Positions 17,396-25,371 of a stretch of DNA of 35,021 nt are shown piece after piece (the stretch's first letter is position 1; every line of letters begins with the position of its first letter). The DNA lies in the IMG/VR virus record IMGVR_UViG_3300031229_000079, positions 1 to 35,021 of that record; one strand, given 5' to 3'. The notes under the pieces are model-generated. The model did not search any database. It had not been told where the DNA came from and saw only the letters and a program-made list of their open reading frames with translations. The DNA comes from a virus (lineage: Duplodnaviria; Caudoviricetes). Made by a program: the position numbers and the translations under genes.

Positions 17396-18879
17396 GCACG
17401 ATCGTCTTTCGCTACGACGGCACGATCATCAATGACGTCCTGTGGACGAAGGCGACGTTTGAGTCGCAGATGGGTGGCTTCCCCGGCCAGTTCAGCGTGA
17501 CCGTAAAAGACGAAGAGCAGACCCACTCGTTTGTGACCGGCAAACACGTAACACTGACAATCGACGGCACGCTGTATTTCGGCGGGATCATCACCCAGGT
17601 ATCACGAACGCTTGCGTTCCCAGTCGACGATACGGTCACCGAAGGCGCTGCCGGAGTCCAGACCAGGCAGTGGGTCCTGCGCGGCGTTGATTACAACATC
17701 TGGTTCGACAAGCGCGTCTTGTTCAACAAAGGCACGCCGCGCCAGGGCATCCCTGACTTCACCGGATCACCAACCGACAAGCAGGTCATCGAGAAGGCGT
17801 TCGACGACTACATCGCCATTGGCGACACCGACATCAACTACACCACGCACGTCGACTCGGTCGGCGATCCGATGGGCCCGGACTCGAACAAGTACGTCTA
17901 CGACACCCCGGGCTCGAAGATCCGCGACATGATGGACGACATCGTCCAGTGGACCGGCGCCCTGTACTACTTCGACCACGAACAGAATCTGCATTACCAC
18001 GAACTCGAGACAACCTCGCCGTCATGGTCGTTCTCGGACACGCCGAACGAGTCCACGACCTTCGGCTTCCGGGAGGTCGAGTTCACTGAAGACGGCACGA
18101 ACCTCGTGAACGACGCCCTTGTCTGGGGCGGCGCGTACTGGACCACTGCGGGCGAGGATGGCGAGGTCAAGTTCGGTCGTTACACCAACAACACCAGTCT
18201 CTCGGCGCGCGGCCGCTGGCAACTCGCCGAAGCCCACTTCAACGAGAACGGCTACGGCACCGACGCCAACTGTGCTACCCACGCCAAGGTCATTGTCGAG
18301 GGCAACCCAGGCGCCGCTGGCGCCGGGCTCAACGACACCGTCCGTGGTCTCGTCAATCCCCAGAAGCAGATCCGGCTGGTGTGGTTCAGTGGCGGGACCC
18401 CGACCCCGCTCGTGGCAGGCTCAGTCGTGTCGATCGCGCTCAACACCTTCGGGTTCACAGTCTCACTGCCAATCCGACAGATCAGGCTCTCGTTCGTGAC
18501 GCCATCAGAGGCCAGATTCGACGGCTTCTTCGGCATCCTGACTGAGGACCCCTGGACGCTCTGGAAGTACATGCGCAAGATCCAGCGCCAGAGCGAGACT
18601 GTCACGAGCCAACCAGCGACATCCTCAGACGGGACCTCTGAGTCGCCCTCTGGGACCGGAGTGTCGATGGAGCCGACGCCCGCCCCAGACGGCGCCGAGA
18701 CAACGTTCTCGGTCACTGATGCGTACATCCCGGGATCGCTCCGGGTCTGGATGAACGGATTGCTCCAGCGGCGCACCGAGGAATACACCGAGAGCCCGAC
18801 GACGGGCGAGTTTACCTTCACGACCGCGCCGCTTTCCGGAGATGAGCTGTGGGTTGAGTACACCAGTGCCGGGGGATGA
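17392..18879 (+). CDS. Minor tail protein, paralogue of upstream gene
   Basis: ATGA overlap at 17392-17395; MSTIVFRYDGT aligns with MSTIVIRVEGT. Confidence 0.75.
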   Translation: MSTIVFRYDGTIINDVLWTKATFESQMGGFPGQFSVTVKDEEQTHSFVTGKHVTLTIDGTLYFGGIITQVSRTLAFPVDDTVTEGAAGVQTRQWVLRGVDYNIWFDKRVLFNKGTPRQGIPDFTGSPTDKQVIEKAFDDYIAIGDTDINYTTHVDSVGDPMGPDSNKYVYDTPGSKIRDMMDDIVQWTGALYYFDHEQNLHYHELETTSPSWSFSDTPNESTTFGFREVEFTEDGTNLVNDALVWGGAYWTTAGEDGEVKFGRYTNNTSLSARGRWQLAEAHFNENGYGTDANCATHAKVIVEGNPGAAGAGLNDTVRGLVNPQKQIRLVWFSGGTPTPLVAGSVVSIALNTFGFTVSLPIRQIRLSFVTPSEARFDGFFGILTEDPWTLWKYMRKIQRQSETVTSQPATSSDGTSESPSGTGVSMEPTPAPDGAETTFSVTDAYIPGSLRVWMNGLLQRRTEEYTESPTTGEFTFTTAPLSGDELWVEYTSAGG

Positions 18880-18882
18880 GCC

Positions 18883-19266
18883 ATGGAGGACAGCTTCACC
18901 GCCAAGGCCTTCATCGCCGCCGGGCCGAGCGTTCTGCCGCACTACCGCGATCGAGATCACCGTGGCGCCCAGGACGACACGACCGTGGTTCTCGATGGCG
19001 ACGTTGGTGATTACAACACCGGCGACACCCTGGCCGTGGTTCTGGTCGATCTCGCGACCCGGAGCCAGCTGACCGACTCGTTCGATCCTGATCCGTTCAC
19101 GCCGCCGTCACCGACCCGGAACGAGCACTACCGGGATCGAGATCACGCCGGGACTGAAGACGCCAGCCAGGTCGTCCTCGATCGTGCGATCGGGCGCTAC
19201 GGAGCCGGAACGGACGTGCTGACGATGCTGATCGATCTTGATGCGCGGCTGAGTCTCGTCGAATGA
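18883..19266 (+). CDS. Virion-associated protein with two HYRDRDH repeats
   Basis: Internal duplication HYRDRDH-x-G-x6-VVLD-x3-G-x-Y; tail module position. Confidence 0.7.
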   Translation: MEDSFTAKAFIAAGPSVLPHYRDRDHRGAQDDTTVVLDGDVGDYNTGDTLAVVLVDLATRSQLTDSFDPDPFTPPSPTRNEHYRDRDHAGTEDASQVVLDRAIGRYGAGTDVLTMLIDLDARLSLVE

Positions 19267-19919
19267 CCCGGCAGACACATGCTCGAGGTGGCGCACTGCA
19301 CGACGGCACGACGCCGACGTATGGCGTGGTGCTCTCGGATGACATCGGGCCGTACCCGGACGGGACGACGCTGTACGACATCCTGGCGGCGCTGGATGCG
19401 GCGATTAGTGATCTGACGAATCGGTTTCAGGCGGACGCAGTGTTGCGAGTAGGCAACACGGGCTCGTTCACGGCGAACGCTGTCCGGCGAGTCACGCTCG
19501 CAGGCAGTCTGACCGCTGATGCCGCTCTCAATCGAGTGGTCGCTGGGTCGATCACCGGCGATGCGATCGTGTTCCGTACGGTGGCGGGATCTGTCAGTGG
19601 CGACGCAGCGATTCTGCGCACGCAGGCTGGATCGTGGCTGGCTGACGCCTTCCTCGAACTCTCCGAGGCGAGCGGAGCGTTCACCCTCAACGCAGTGGCC
19701 CTGGCAACACTGGCTGGGTCGTTCACGGGCGATGCCATCACGCTCCAGACTCAGCCCGGGTCGCTGACCGGCGACGCTGTCACCAGGTGGACCCAGGCCG
19801 GATCGTTCACCGGCGATGCGTTCATCCCAGGGCAGTTCACCGCTGATGCTGTGATCGACGCGGGTGGCGGCCTCGACAGCTTCCAGACCGACGCCTTCCA
19901 GAACGATACGTTCCAGTAG
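19263..19919 (+). CDS. Repetitive minor tail/fibre protein (~14-aa GS(F/L)T(G/A)DA repeats)
   Basis: About ten repeats visible in translation; ATGA overlap with upstream gene. Confidence 0.7.
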   Translation: MTRQTHARGGALHDGTTPTYGVVLSDDIGPYPDGTTLYDILAALDAAISDLTNRFQADAVLRVGNTGSFTANAVRRVTLAGSLTADAALNRVVAGSITGDAIVFRTVAGSVSGDAAILRTQAGSWLADAFLELSEASGAFTLNAVALATLAGSFTGDAITLQTQPGSLTGDAVTRWTQAGSFTGDAFIPGQFTADAVIDAGGGLDSFQTDAFQNDTFQ

Positions 19920-19927
19920 GAGCACCG

Positions 19928-21310
19928 ATGACCACGGTCAGACACGCCTTTGAGAGCGAGAAGAGCGACGGCGGTGACGATACCCTCGTCCGCCCCTCGA
20001 ACTGGAACGCCGATCACGTCATTGAGGGTGCACTGGCGGCTGGGTTCATCGGGGCGAAGGCGAGATGGGAATCGGGAACGCTGTCCGCCCTCGGCAGCTA
20101 CGTTCCAGTTGATCTCAACGGCGCGGAGGAGTTCGACACAGACGGCTTCCACTCTTCGGTCACCAATCCGTCGCGTATGACGATCCCGGCCGGTCTGGGT
20201 GGCAAGTACCTCGTCCTCGGATCATTCTATGGCGCGAACGTCCAGCACTACACGTCAGTCAGGACCAACGGCTCTGCCATCCGGGGGTCGTACGGCGTCT
20301 CCGGTGACGACGGCATCAGCGCCACGTCTCACGTTCTCGATCTCGTCGCCGGGGATTACGTCGAACTCGTAGTTAACGCGAACACCACGAACACGATCAA
20401 CGAGGCGACACTAACCGTCATCAAACTTGACGCAGGCCGTGTCGGCTCAGGTGTCGGGGCTATCCTCCGCCACAGCACCACGCAATCGATTGCCAACAAC
20501 ACATTCACCGCGTTGAACATGGACACGGAGGAAGAGGACACCGACGGGTTCCACTCGCTCGTCAGCGACACGTCGAGGGTGACTATTCCGGCCGGGCTTG
20601 GTGGCATGTATTTCGCGTCCTCTGGCACGTCATTTACCGCCAGTTCTGGCGGAATCCAGCGACAAATCTACCTACGCAAGAACGGAACGGCCTACACCTA
20701 CGCGAATATCCTCGACGCCGCCGAGGCAACGACGCACGCGCCGGTCGTAACAGCCCTGTTCAAGTTGGTGCCCGGGGATTACATCGAGGCCGTCGTTTAT
20801 CAAGACTCGGGCGGTAATCTGAACGCAGGCGCGAACAGCGCGTCGTACCTGCATCTCGCCAAGATCGACTCGTTGGCCGCGAACCCCGGACAGGAGCTGG
20901 GCTACGCGGAGGGCACCGCCGGGAGCCCGATGTCTGTGACGGCTACGACAGCGGCGACAGCCCAGACAGTGGTTACGGCTCCGTCGGTCACGTTCGACGG
21001 TACTCCGGTGATGATCGAGTTCTTCGCGCCTGTTATATCGCCCGCAAACACCCCAGCCAATAGCGAGATGTACCTTCAGCTTTGGGACAACACTGCTGGC
21101 ACTCGGATCGGCTATATCGGCTACATCTCAACCCCGGCAGCCAACCGCGACTACAAGTCAATCACTGTCAGGCGGCGCATGACTCCGGCATCCGGGGCGC
21201 GGGTCTACTCGATCCGGGCCCATGTCAACACCGGCACGGGGCAAGTCTATTCGGGCGCTGGCGGACAGGACACCTACATGCCAGCGTACATCCGAATCAC
21301 GCGCGTCTAG
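19928..21310 (+). CDS. Tail fibre/receptor-binding protein with two C1q/TNF-like repeats
   Basis: Duplicated DTDGFHS...SR(M/V)TIPAGLGG-x-Y...L(V)xGDY(V/I)E segments. Confidence 0.7.
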   Translation: MTTVRHAFESEKSDGGDDTLVRPSNWNADHVIEGALAAGFIGAKARWESGTLSALGSYVPVDLNGAEEFDTDGFHSSVTNPSRMTIPAGLGGKYLVLGSFYGANVQHYTSVRTNGSAIRGSYGVSGDDGISATSHVLDLVAGDYVELVVNANTTNTINEATLTVIKLDAGRVGSGVGAILRHSTTQSIANNTFTALNMDTEEEDTDGFHSLVSDTSRVTIPAGLGGMYFASSGTSFTASSGGIQRQIYLRKNGTAYTYANILDAAEATTHAPVVTALFKLVPGDYIEAVVYQDSGGNLNAGANSASYLHLAKIDSLAANPGQELGYAEGTAGSPMSVTATTAATAQTVVTAPSVTFDGTPVMIEFFAPVISPANTPANSEMYLQLWDNTAGTRIGYIGYISTPAANRDYKSITVRRRMTPASGARVYSIRAHVNTGTGQVYSGAGGQDTYMPAYIRITRV

Positions 21311-21329
21311 CTGTAGCGGAGGACTTCTC

Positions 21330-22127
21330 GTGGCAATCTCACCCACCAGACCGAAGCCCTATCCACAGGGTGATGGGTCATGGGCACAGTGGCTCAACTG
21401 TGTTCTGGCAACGGCAACGGATCTGATGTGCCGAGCCACGGTCGGCTACTGGCGCGTCGCCGCCAGCAAGCTCCGGACGATCACCGGCGACAAGGTCGGT
21501 GGAGTCAGCTTCAACCAGGCCGCTGACGCGACGCGGAAAGCAACCCAGGGCGAGGTCAACCTCGATCCACGCTACGGGCTCACTCGATCTGATTTCAAGA
21601 ACCTGATCGATGCCGGGCGGGCCGCGGCCATCACGATCAGCTGCTACATCACCCGTTACACGACCCGCCGCACCAACAGTTTCATTGGTGCCCACGCCGT
21701 CTACGTCAACGACTACGCCTGGCGAACCACCACGTGCCTCTGTGAGAAGAAGAAGCCTGGGCTCGATCACGGCGAATACCTGGTCGAAGATCCCGGCACT
21801 ACACAGGCGGGCTACCGGTGGTGGTCGGCAGATCTGCTGTATCGCGCCGCCGAGGCTAATGGTGGCGGCCGGATCAACGTCATGGTCTGTCGTGACACCG
21901 AGGGCGTGTGGCGCAAGGGTCGAATGAAGGCCGCGATCAGAACCAAAGCCTCGGTCACCTCGAAGAAACTCGCTCGGATCGAGAAGGACAGAAGCTACTT
22001 CGTGCCCTACACGCGCGAAGGCAACGACTGGGTAAGCGATACCGATGGTGGTCTTCGCAATGACTGGCACCGCGTGAAGTACGCTGATGGCAAGTACGGC
22101 TTCACGAAAGGGGAAGCGTTGCGATGA
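21330..22127 (+). CDS. Endolysin: papain-fold (C39-like) peptidase plus C-terminal SH3b-like domain
   Basis: Q..NC, HAVYV and EDP motifs; C-term IRTKAS...WHRVKY..GKYGF; GGAGG RBS before GTG 21330. Confidence 0.7.
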   Translation: MAISPTRPKPYPQGDGSWAQWLNCVLATATDLMCRATVGYWRVAASKLRTITGDKVGGVSFNQAADATRKATQGEVNLDPRYGLTRSDFKNLIDAGRAAAITISCYITRYTTRRTNSFIGAHAVYVNDYAWRTTTCLCEKKKPGLDHGEYLVEDPGTTQAGYRWWSADLLYRAAEANGGGRINVMVCRDTEGVWRKGRMKAAIRTKASVTSKKLARIEKDRSYFVPYTREGNDWVSDTDGGLRNDWHRVKYADGKYGFTKGEALR

Positions 22128-22300
22128 ATCACCCTCACGGTGAAGGCCCGAAGACCCCGCCCGGGCAGGCCAAGAAGCTAGCCGCGAAGCTTCTTGAGAA
22201 GCCCGAGCACAAGTTCAAGCCCGGCCCCGACGGCAAAGATCCGCGGGACGAGATGACCCGGGAGGACGATTTGTCCGACCCGAAGAACAGTAGGGAGTGA
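22124..22300 (+). CDS. Small hypothetical protein (58 aa, PPGQAKK motif)
   Basis: ATGA overlap with endolysin stop; MNHPHGEGPKTPPGQAKKLAAK...; below ORF-track cutoff. Confidence 0.55.
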   Translation: MNHPHGEGPKTPPGQAKKLAAKLLEKPEHKFKPGPDGKDPRDEMTREDDLSDPKNSRE

Positions 22301-22305
22301 GAGAG

Positions 22306-22551
22306 ATGCCTGAGACAACTGGTATGAGCGGTGCCCTGACCGACGGCACGGGCGTGAGCGCCCTGACCGGCTCGAAGCTAGTCAAGGACGTTGTCCTTGA
22401 CTTCCTGCTCTCGGCACCAGCGGCTCTGGTTGCCGCGAACGTTCTGTCGCTTGAGGCGGCAATCCTGGCCCCCGTGGTCGTGGCCTTCGGCCTCGGCGAT
22501 GTGATCATCCGCGTCGGCTATCGCGCAGCTCTGCGGTGGGCGCAGAGCTAG
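22306..22551 (+). CDS. Putative holin/small membrane protein
   Basis: Hydrophobic stretch FLLSAPAALVAANVLSLEAAILAPVVVAFGL; lies after endolysin. Confidence 0.55.
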   Translation: MPETTGMSGALTDGTGVSALTGSKLVKDVVLDFLLSAPAALVAANVLSLEAAILAPVVVAFGLGDVIIRVGYRAALRWAQS

Positions 22552-22581
22552 GCCACAGTTCCCCGACGATGATGACCTGCG

Positions 22582-22800
22582 ATGAACTTTGATCCGGATC
22601 AGGTCACCATCGTCGGTATCCTGACCGCCCTCGGGGTGGCGGGCCTCCGACGAATGTGGGTTTTCGGTTGGACGTATGCTGACAAGGTCAAGGATCTCGT
22701 CGACATGACCGAAGATCGGAATTTCTGGCGCGATACCGCACTTCAATCCATGGGTCACACGGACAAGGCGCTTGTCGTGGCCGAGCGGAAAAAGGGATGA
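22582..22800 (+). CDS. Small membrane protein (N-terminal TM segment plus coiled coil)
   Basis: VTIVGILTALGVAGL TM segment; lysis cassette position. Confidence 0.6.
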   Translation: MNFDPDQVTIVGILTALGVAGLRRMWVFGWTYADKVKDLVDMTEDRNFWRDTALQSMGHTDKALVVAERKKG

Positions 22801-22973
22801 ACCTCATGCAGATCATCCACCGACTCATGGGCCGCGAGGAGCCGTCCGCAGCGGCAGCGGCAGCCAGAGAGGCCGCCCAGCTCGCGGCACGCCGACGTCT
22901 CAACGAGCAGGCAGCTCGTCTCAGGCGACTCGACGCTCAGATCGAGGTGCATAGCAGGAAGCGTCATCAGTGA
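22797..22973 (+). CDS. Small helical hypothetical protein (58 aa)
   Basis: ATGA overlap upstream and GTGA overlap downstream; MNLMQIIHRLMGREEPSAAAAAAREAAQLAARRRLNEQ... Confidence 0.6.
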   Translation: MNLMQIIHRLMGREEPSAAAAAAREAAQLAARRRLNEQAARLRRLDAQIEVHSRKRHQ

Positions 22974-23503
22974 CCCTGAACTTTTCAGACCCAATCGTGT
23001 TGTTCTGGCTGCTGATCAACACCACAGCCGCGTTCGTGACGGCCCAGGCGGTCTATGGAGCATGGCTCGATTACCGAACGGCCAGGGGAACGCAGACTGG
23101 CTTCTGGGGGGCTCGACTCCTGACCGCCAGGGGCAATGTTCGTCGAGAGTCCCTGCGCCTGATCACGCAGTTGCTCCTGCTGAGCCTGGCTGTCCCGGCC
23201 CTGTTCAGGACGACCCCGGTCACCCTCAGCCCGTCCATTGTGGTGCTCATGCTGGTGCCGGTCGTGCTCTTCATAGCAACCGCGTTCGACGCTCGTGATC
23301 GAGCGATCCTCACACAGATGCTGCTTGTCCCTGGCACGCTGACAGACGCAGCGCTCGAGTCGTCTATTCAGGAAAACATCGCTTTGACGCGAGACGTGGG
23401 CGAGAAGGCCGAGGCCGCCTACCACGAAGCTAACTCAGTGAACGAGAAGCTCGTTCGTCTGCACGAACTCATCGAAGGCAAGGAAGACAAGGAGTCCCCG
23501 TGA
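22970..23503 (+). CDS. Multi-pass membrane protein with C-terminal coiled coil (lysis-associated)
   Basis: Three hydrophobic segments; translational coupling with upstream gene. Confidence 0.65.
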   Translation: MTLNFSDPIVLFWLLINTTAAFVTAQAVYGAWLDYRTARGTQTGFWGARLLTARGNVRRESLRLITQLLLLSLAVPALFRTTPVTLSPSIVVLMLVPVVLFIATAFDARDRAILTQMLLVPGTLTDAALESSIQENIALTRDVGEKAEAAYHEANSVNEKLVRLHELIEGKEDKESP

Positions 23504-23753
23504 TCACCTCCGATGGCTTCGACGGGAAGCCCCTCGAACCTGACAGCTGACCGGGCTGGGGCTGTACCGACGGCCCCGCCGTCCACTCGCGCCAGAAGCA
23601 CTCGCGCAGCCTCATGGCCTGCCGCTTCGATGCCCAAAATGTCCCCCGAGTCGCTACTTTGGCGTGCTCAAACTCCCCGGAGAGAAGGCGCCCGTGTGCG
23701 CCAATTGCGAATCAGAGCTGGTCCGCGCCCGGCCTCGCCTCGCCAAACCGTAG
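23500..23753 (+). pseudogene. Possible frameshifted zinc-ribbon gene
   Basis: GTG 23500 frame (VITSDGFDGKPLEPD) stops at 23550; the -1 frame from 23544 reads QLTGLGLYRR...RCPKCPPSRYFGVLKLPGEKAPVCANCESELV...* with two CxxC and no ATG/GTG/TTG start ahead of them. Confidence 0.4.
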
Positions 23754-23919
23754 CCTGCCTAGCCGCGCCCAGCCTTGCCTTGCCCAGCCGCGCCACGGCT
23801 TGCCTTGCCGAACCAAGCCGCGCCTGGCCCGACCGTGCCTAGCCATGCCACGCCCAGCCGGGCCGCGCCAGACCCCAGCCCGGCTTGCCAATCCCCGCCC
23901 CGGCAGGCCTTGCCCCGCC
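23722..23919 (-). repeat. GGY-NN pentamer array 1 (40 triplets, unbroken 5-nt phase)
   Basis: + strand reads (RCC-NN)n with occasional RGC/TCC triplets; phase counted by hand. Confidence 0.92.
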
Positions 23920-23924
23920 ATTGC

Positions 23925-23953
23925 TTGACAAGTCTACGATACGCCGTCAAACT
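23925..23953 (+). promoter_or_regulatory. Putative sigma70-type promoter driving the structured RNA
   Basis: TTGACA-17 nt-CAAACT; also contains inverted repeat TTGAC-N16-GTCAA. Confidence 0.55.
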
Positions 23954-23959
23954 GCACCG

Positions 23960-24295
23960 CAATGGCTGTTCCGACGGGGACGGTCAGGGTGATGACGGAA
24001 TGCCGGGGGCTTCACGGCCCCTCGGAAAACGTATCACTCGGTCCAGAAAACGCCCGATCGTCAAGGCCTACGAGGGTGAGGCGTCGGTGCGGAGGGGACC
24101 CGAACCAGAGCTGAGAGGCTCTGGGGAGGGAGGTGATCCTCGAACGACTGGCCAGCTAGCCACTGGTGACGAGTGAGTCGGGCGCAAGATGTACTTGAAC
24201 CACAAGTCGTGACGCTCGTGCGGGTAGGCAGTCCCGCCACCACAAAGGGCCCCCGAGAGGGCAGCCGCAAGGCTGTCAGCTCGGGGGTTTCACTT
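23960..24295 (+). ncRNA. Candidate large structured ncRNA (~330 nt)
   Basis: Continuous nested helices with G-U pairs and GNRA loops (GAGA, GCAA) on the + strand; no credible ORF; promoter upstream, terminator-like stem at end. Confidence 0.65.
24249..24292 (+). terminator. Long stem-loop at convergence of ncRNA and tRNA operon
   Basis: GCCCCCGAG/CTCGGGGGT enclosing GGCAGCC-GCAA-GGCTGTC, followed by a short T run. Confidence 0.55.
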
Positions 24296-24300
24296 GTGTC

Positions 24301-24375
24301 TGGCGAGCCCGGCTGGGATCGAACCAGCGACACGGGGGTTAAGAGTCCCCTGCTCTACCGCTGAGCTACGGGCCC
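24301..24375 (-). tRNA. tRNA-Lys(CTT)
   Basis: GGGCCCG..TAGCTCAG..loop CTCTTAA..GGTTCGATCC..CCA. Confidence 0.9.
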
Positions 24376-24380
24376 TTGAG

Positions 24381-24476
24381 CAGAGGGGGCCGGAGTTGAA
24401 CCGGCATCTCCGGTGCCGGTGTCGGACTCGTCAGCCCGTCCTTGGCATCGGTACTCTGGCGCTGAGCTACCCCTCT
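24381..24476 (-). ncRNA. tRNA-like element with elongated anticodon arm, no CCA
   Basis: Acceptor AGAGGGG/CCCCTCT, D arm GCTC/GAGT, T arm GCCGG-TTCAACT-CCGGC; ~42-nt anticodon arm. Confidence 0.7.
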
Positions 24477-24477
24477 A

Positions 24478-24553
24478 TGGTGGGCGGCGCTGGGCTTGAA
24501 CCAGCGGCCTCCTGCATGTCAAGCAGGTGCTCTATCCCCTGAGCTAGCCGCCC
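24478..24553 (-). tRNA. tRNA-Val(GAC)
   Basis: CCTGC-TTGACAT-GCAGG anticodon arm; canonical cloverleaf with CCA. Confidence 0.92.
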
Positions 24554-24554
24554 G

Positions 24555-24630
24555 TGGCGCCGACGGCAGGAGTCGAACCCGCGACATGCTGGGTAGAAAC
24601 CAGCCGCTCTGTCCACTGAGCTACGTCGGC
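24555..24630 (-). tRNA. tRNA-Arg(TCT)
   Basis: GCTGG-TTTCTAC-CCAGC anticodon arm; cloverleaf with CCA. Confidence 0.85.
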
Positions 24631-24635
24631 GATGC

Positions 24636-24719
24636 CGTCACCGCCCGGACTCGAACCGAGACCTCCCGTGGACCCATGCATGCGAGGCACGGGCGCGCTG
24701 ACCCCAGCGCTTCGGTGAC
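24636..24719 (-). ncRNA. tRNA-like element with 17-nt anticodon loop, no CCA
   Basis: Acceptor GTCACCG/CGGTGAC, D stem GCGC/GCGC, stem CCCGTG/CACGGG around 17 nt, T loop TTCGAGT. Confidence 0.7.
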
Positions 24720-24721
24720 GA

Positions 24722-24796
24722 TGGAGCCGACGCTCGGGCTCGAACCGAGGACCTGCTGTTTACGAAACAGCTGCTCTACCACTGAGCTACGTCGGC
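24722..24796 (-). tRNA. tRNA-Thr(CGT)
   Basis: GCTGT-TTCGTAA-ACAGC anticodon arm; CCA. Confidence 0.92.
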
Positions 24797-24798
24797 GA

Positions 24799-24874
24799 TG
24801 GTTGCCGGGGCAGGGTTCGAACCTGCGATTTCCGCGTCCAGAGCGCGGCGCCCTACCAACTAGACCACCCGGCA
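24799..24874 (-). tRNA. tRNA-Gln(CTG)
   Basis: T1-A72 acceptor; CCGCG-CTCTGGA-CGCGG; CCA. Confidence 0.9.
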
Positions 24875-24919
24875 TCGTGGGGCCCGCAACTGTTCGGGGC
24901 CCCGGCCGCCGGGCCTGCT

Positions 24920-25144
24920 CTACCTGTGCTCATCCGGCGCTTCTGGCTTCCAGTCCTTCTCCCAGCCTGGTCGCTGGAACTCCCACCACAGCTTCAGGTG
25001 GTGGAAGCCGCCCCCGTGGAAGCTCCAGCAGTATGAGCTGAACGCCCAGTGATCCAGGGGGTGCCAGACCGAGAAATCGATCTCGCGGATCTCGCGGCCG
25101 CTGTTCTGGATGACCTCGGCTACGTCTTCCTGTGTGATCTTCAT
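24920..25144 (-). CDS. Hypothetical Trp/His-rich protein within tRNA cluster
   Basis: 74-aa ORF MKITQEDVAEV..., co-oriented with the tRNAs. Confidence 0.5.
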   Translation of the reverse strand: MKITQEDVAEVIQNSGREIREIDFSVWHPLDHWAFSSYCWSFHGGGFHHLKLWWEFQRPGWEKDWKPEAPDEHR

Positions 25145-25170
25145 GCATCTGCCAGCCCAAGAGTCTGGCC

Positions 25171-25371
25171 CTAGCTTTGCTTCCGGGGCTTCGGCGCGCC
25201 CGGGGTTCCATGCATCGTAGGCCCGTCCTTGACGAGACGGCGCCAGATCTCGTGATGATTTTCGGTGCTGATGCCGGTGCGGTGATCGACATGCGGGTCG
25301 CCACCGAACCGAGGCCGCGACCCGAACTTGATCGAGCGCGAGACCTTCTTGCTCTTCTGATCCTGGCCCAT
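25171..25371 (-). CDS. Small basic hypothetical protein
   Basis: 66-aa ORF with AAGGGA upstream. Confidence 0.5.
   Translation of the reverse strand: MGQDQKSKKVSRSIKFGSRPRFGGDPHVDHRTGISTENHHEIWRRLVKDGPTMHGTPGAPKPRKQS

Noticed and set aside
19928-21310. Diversity-generating retroelement target in the fibre gene
   Set aside because: Internal duplications are diverged protein domains; no reverse transcriptase or adenine-specific template/variable repeat pair was seen.
23960-24245. tmRNA identity for the structured RNA (GCGGG...CCCGCCACCA resembles a T arm)
   Set aside because: No TTC loop, no matching 5' GGGGC acceptor strand and no tag ORF ending in AA; left as unknown ncRNA.
24555-24630. 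Amber suppressor reading (CTA) of the TTTCTAC anticodon loop
   Set aside because: In the 7-nt loop closed by GCTGG/CCAGC, positions 34-36 are TCT (Arg). TAG is used as a normal stop in several genes.
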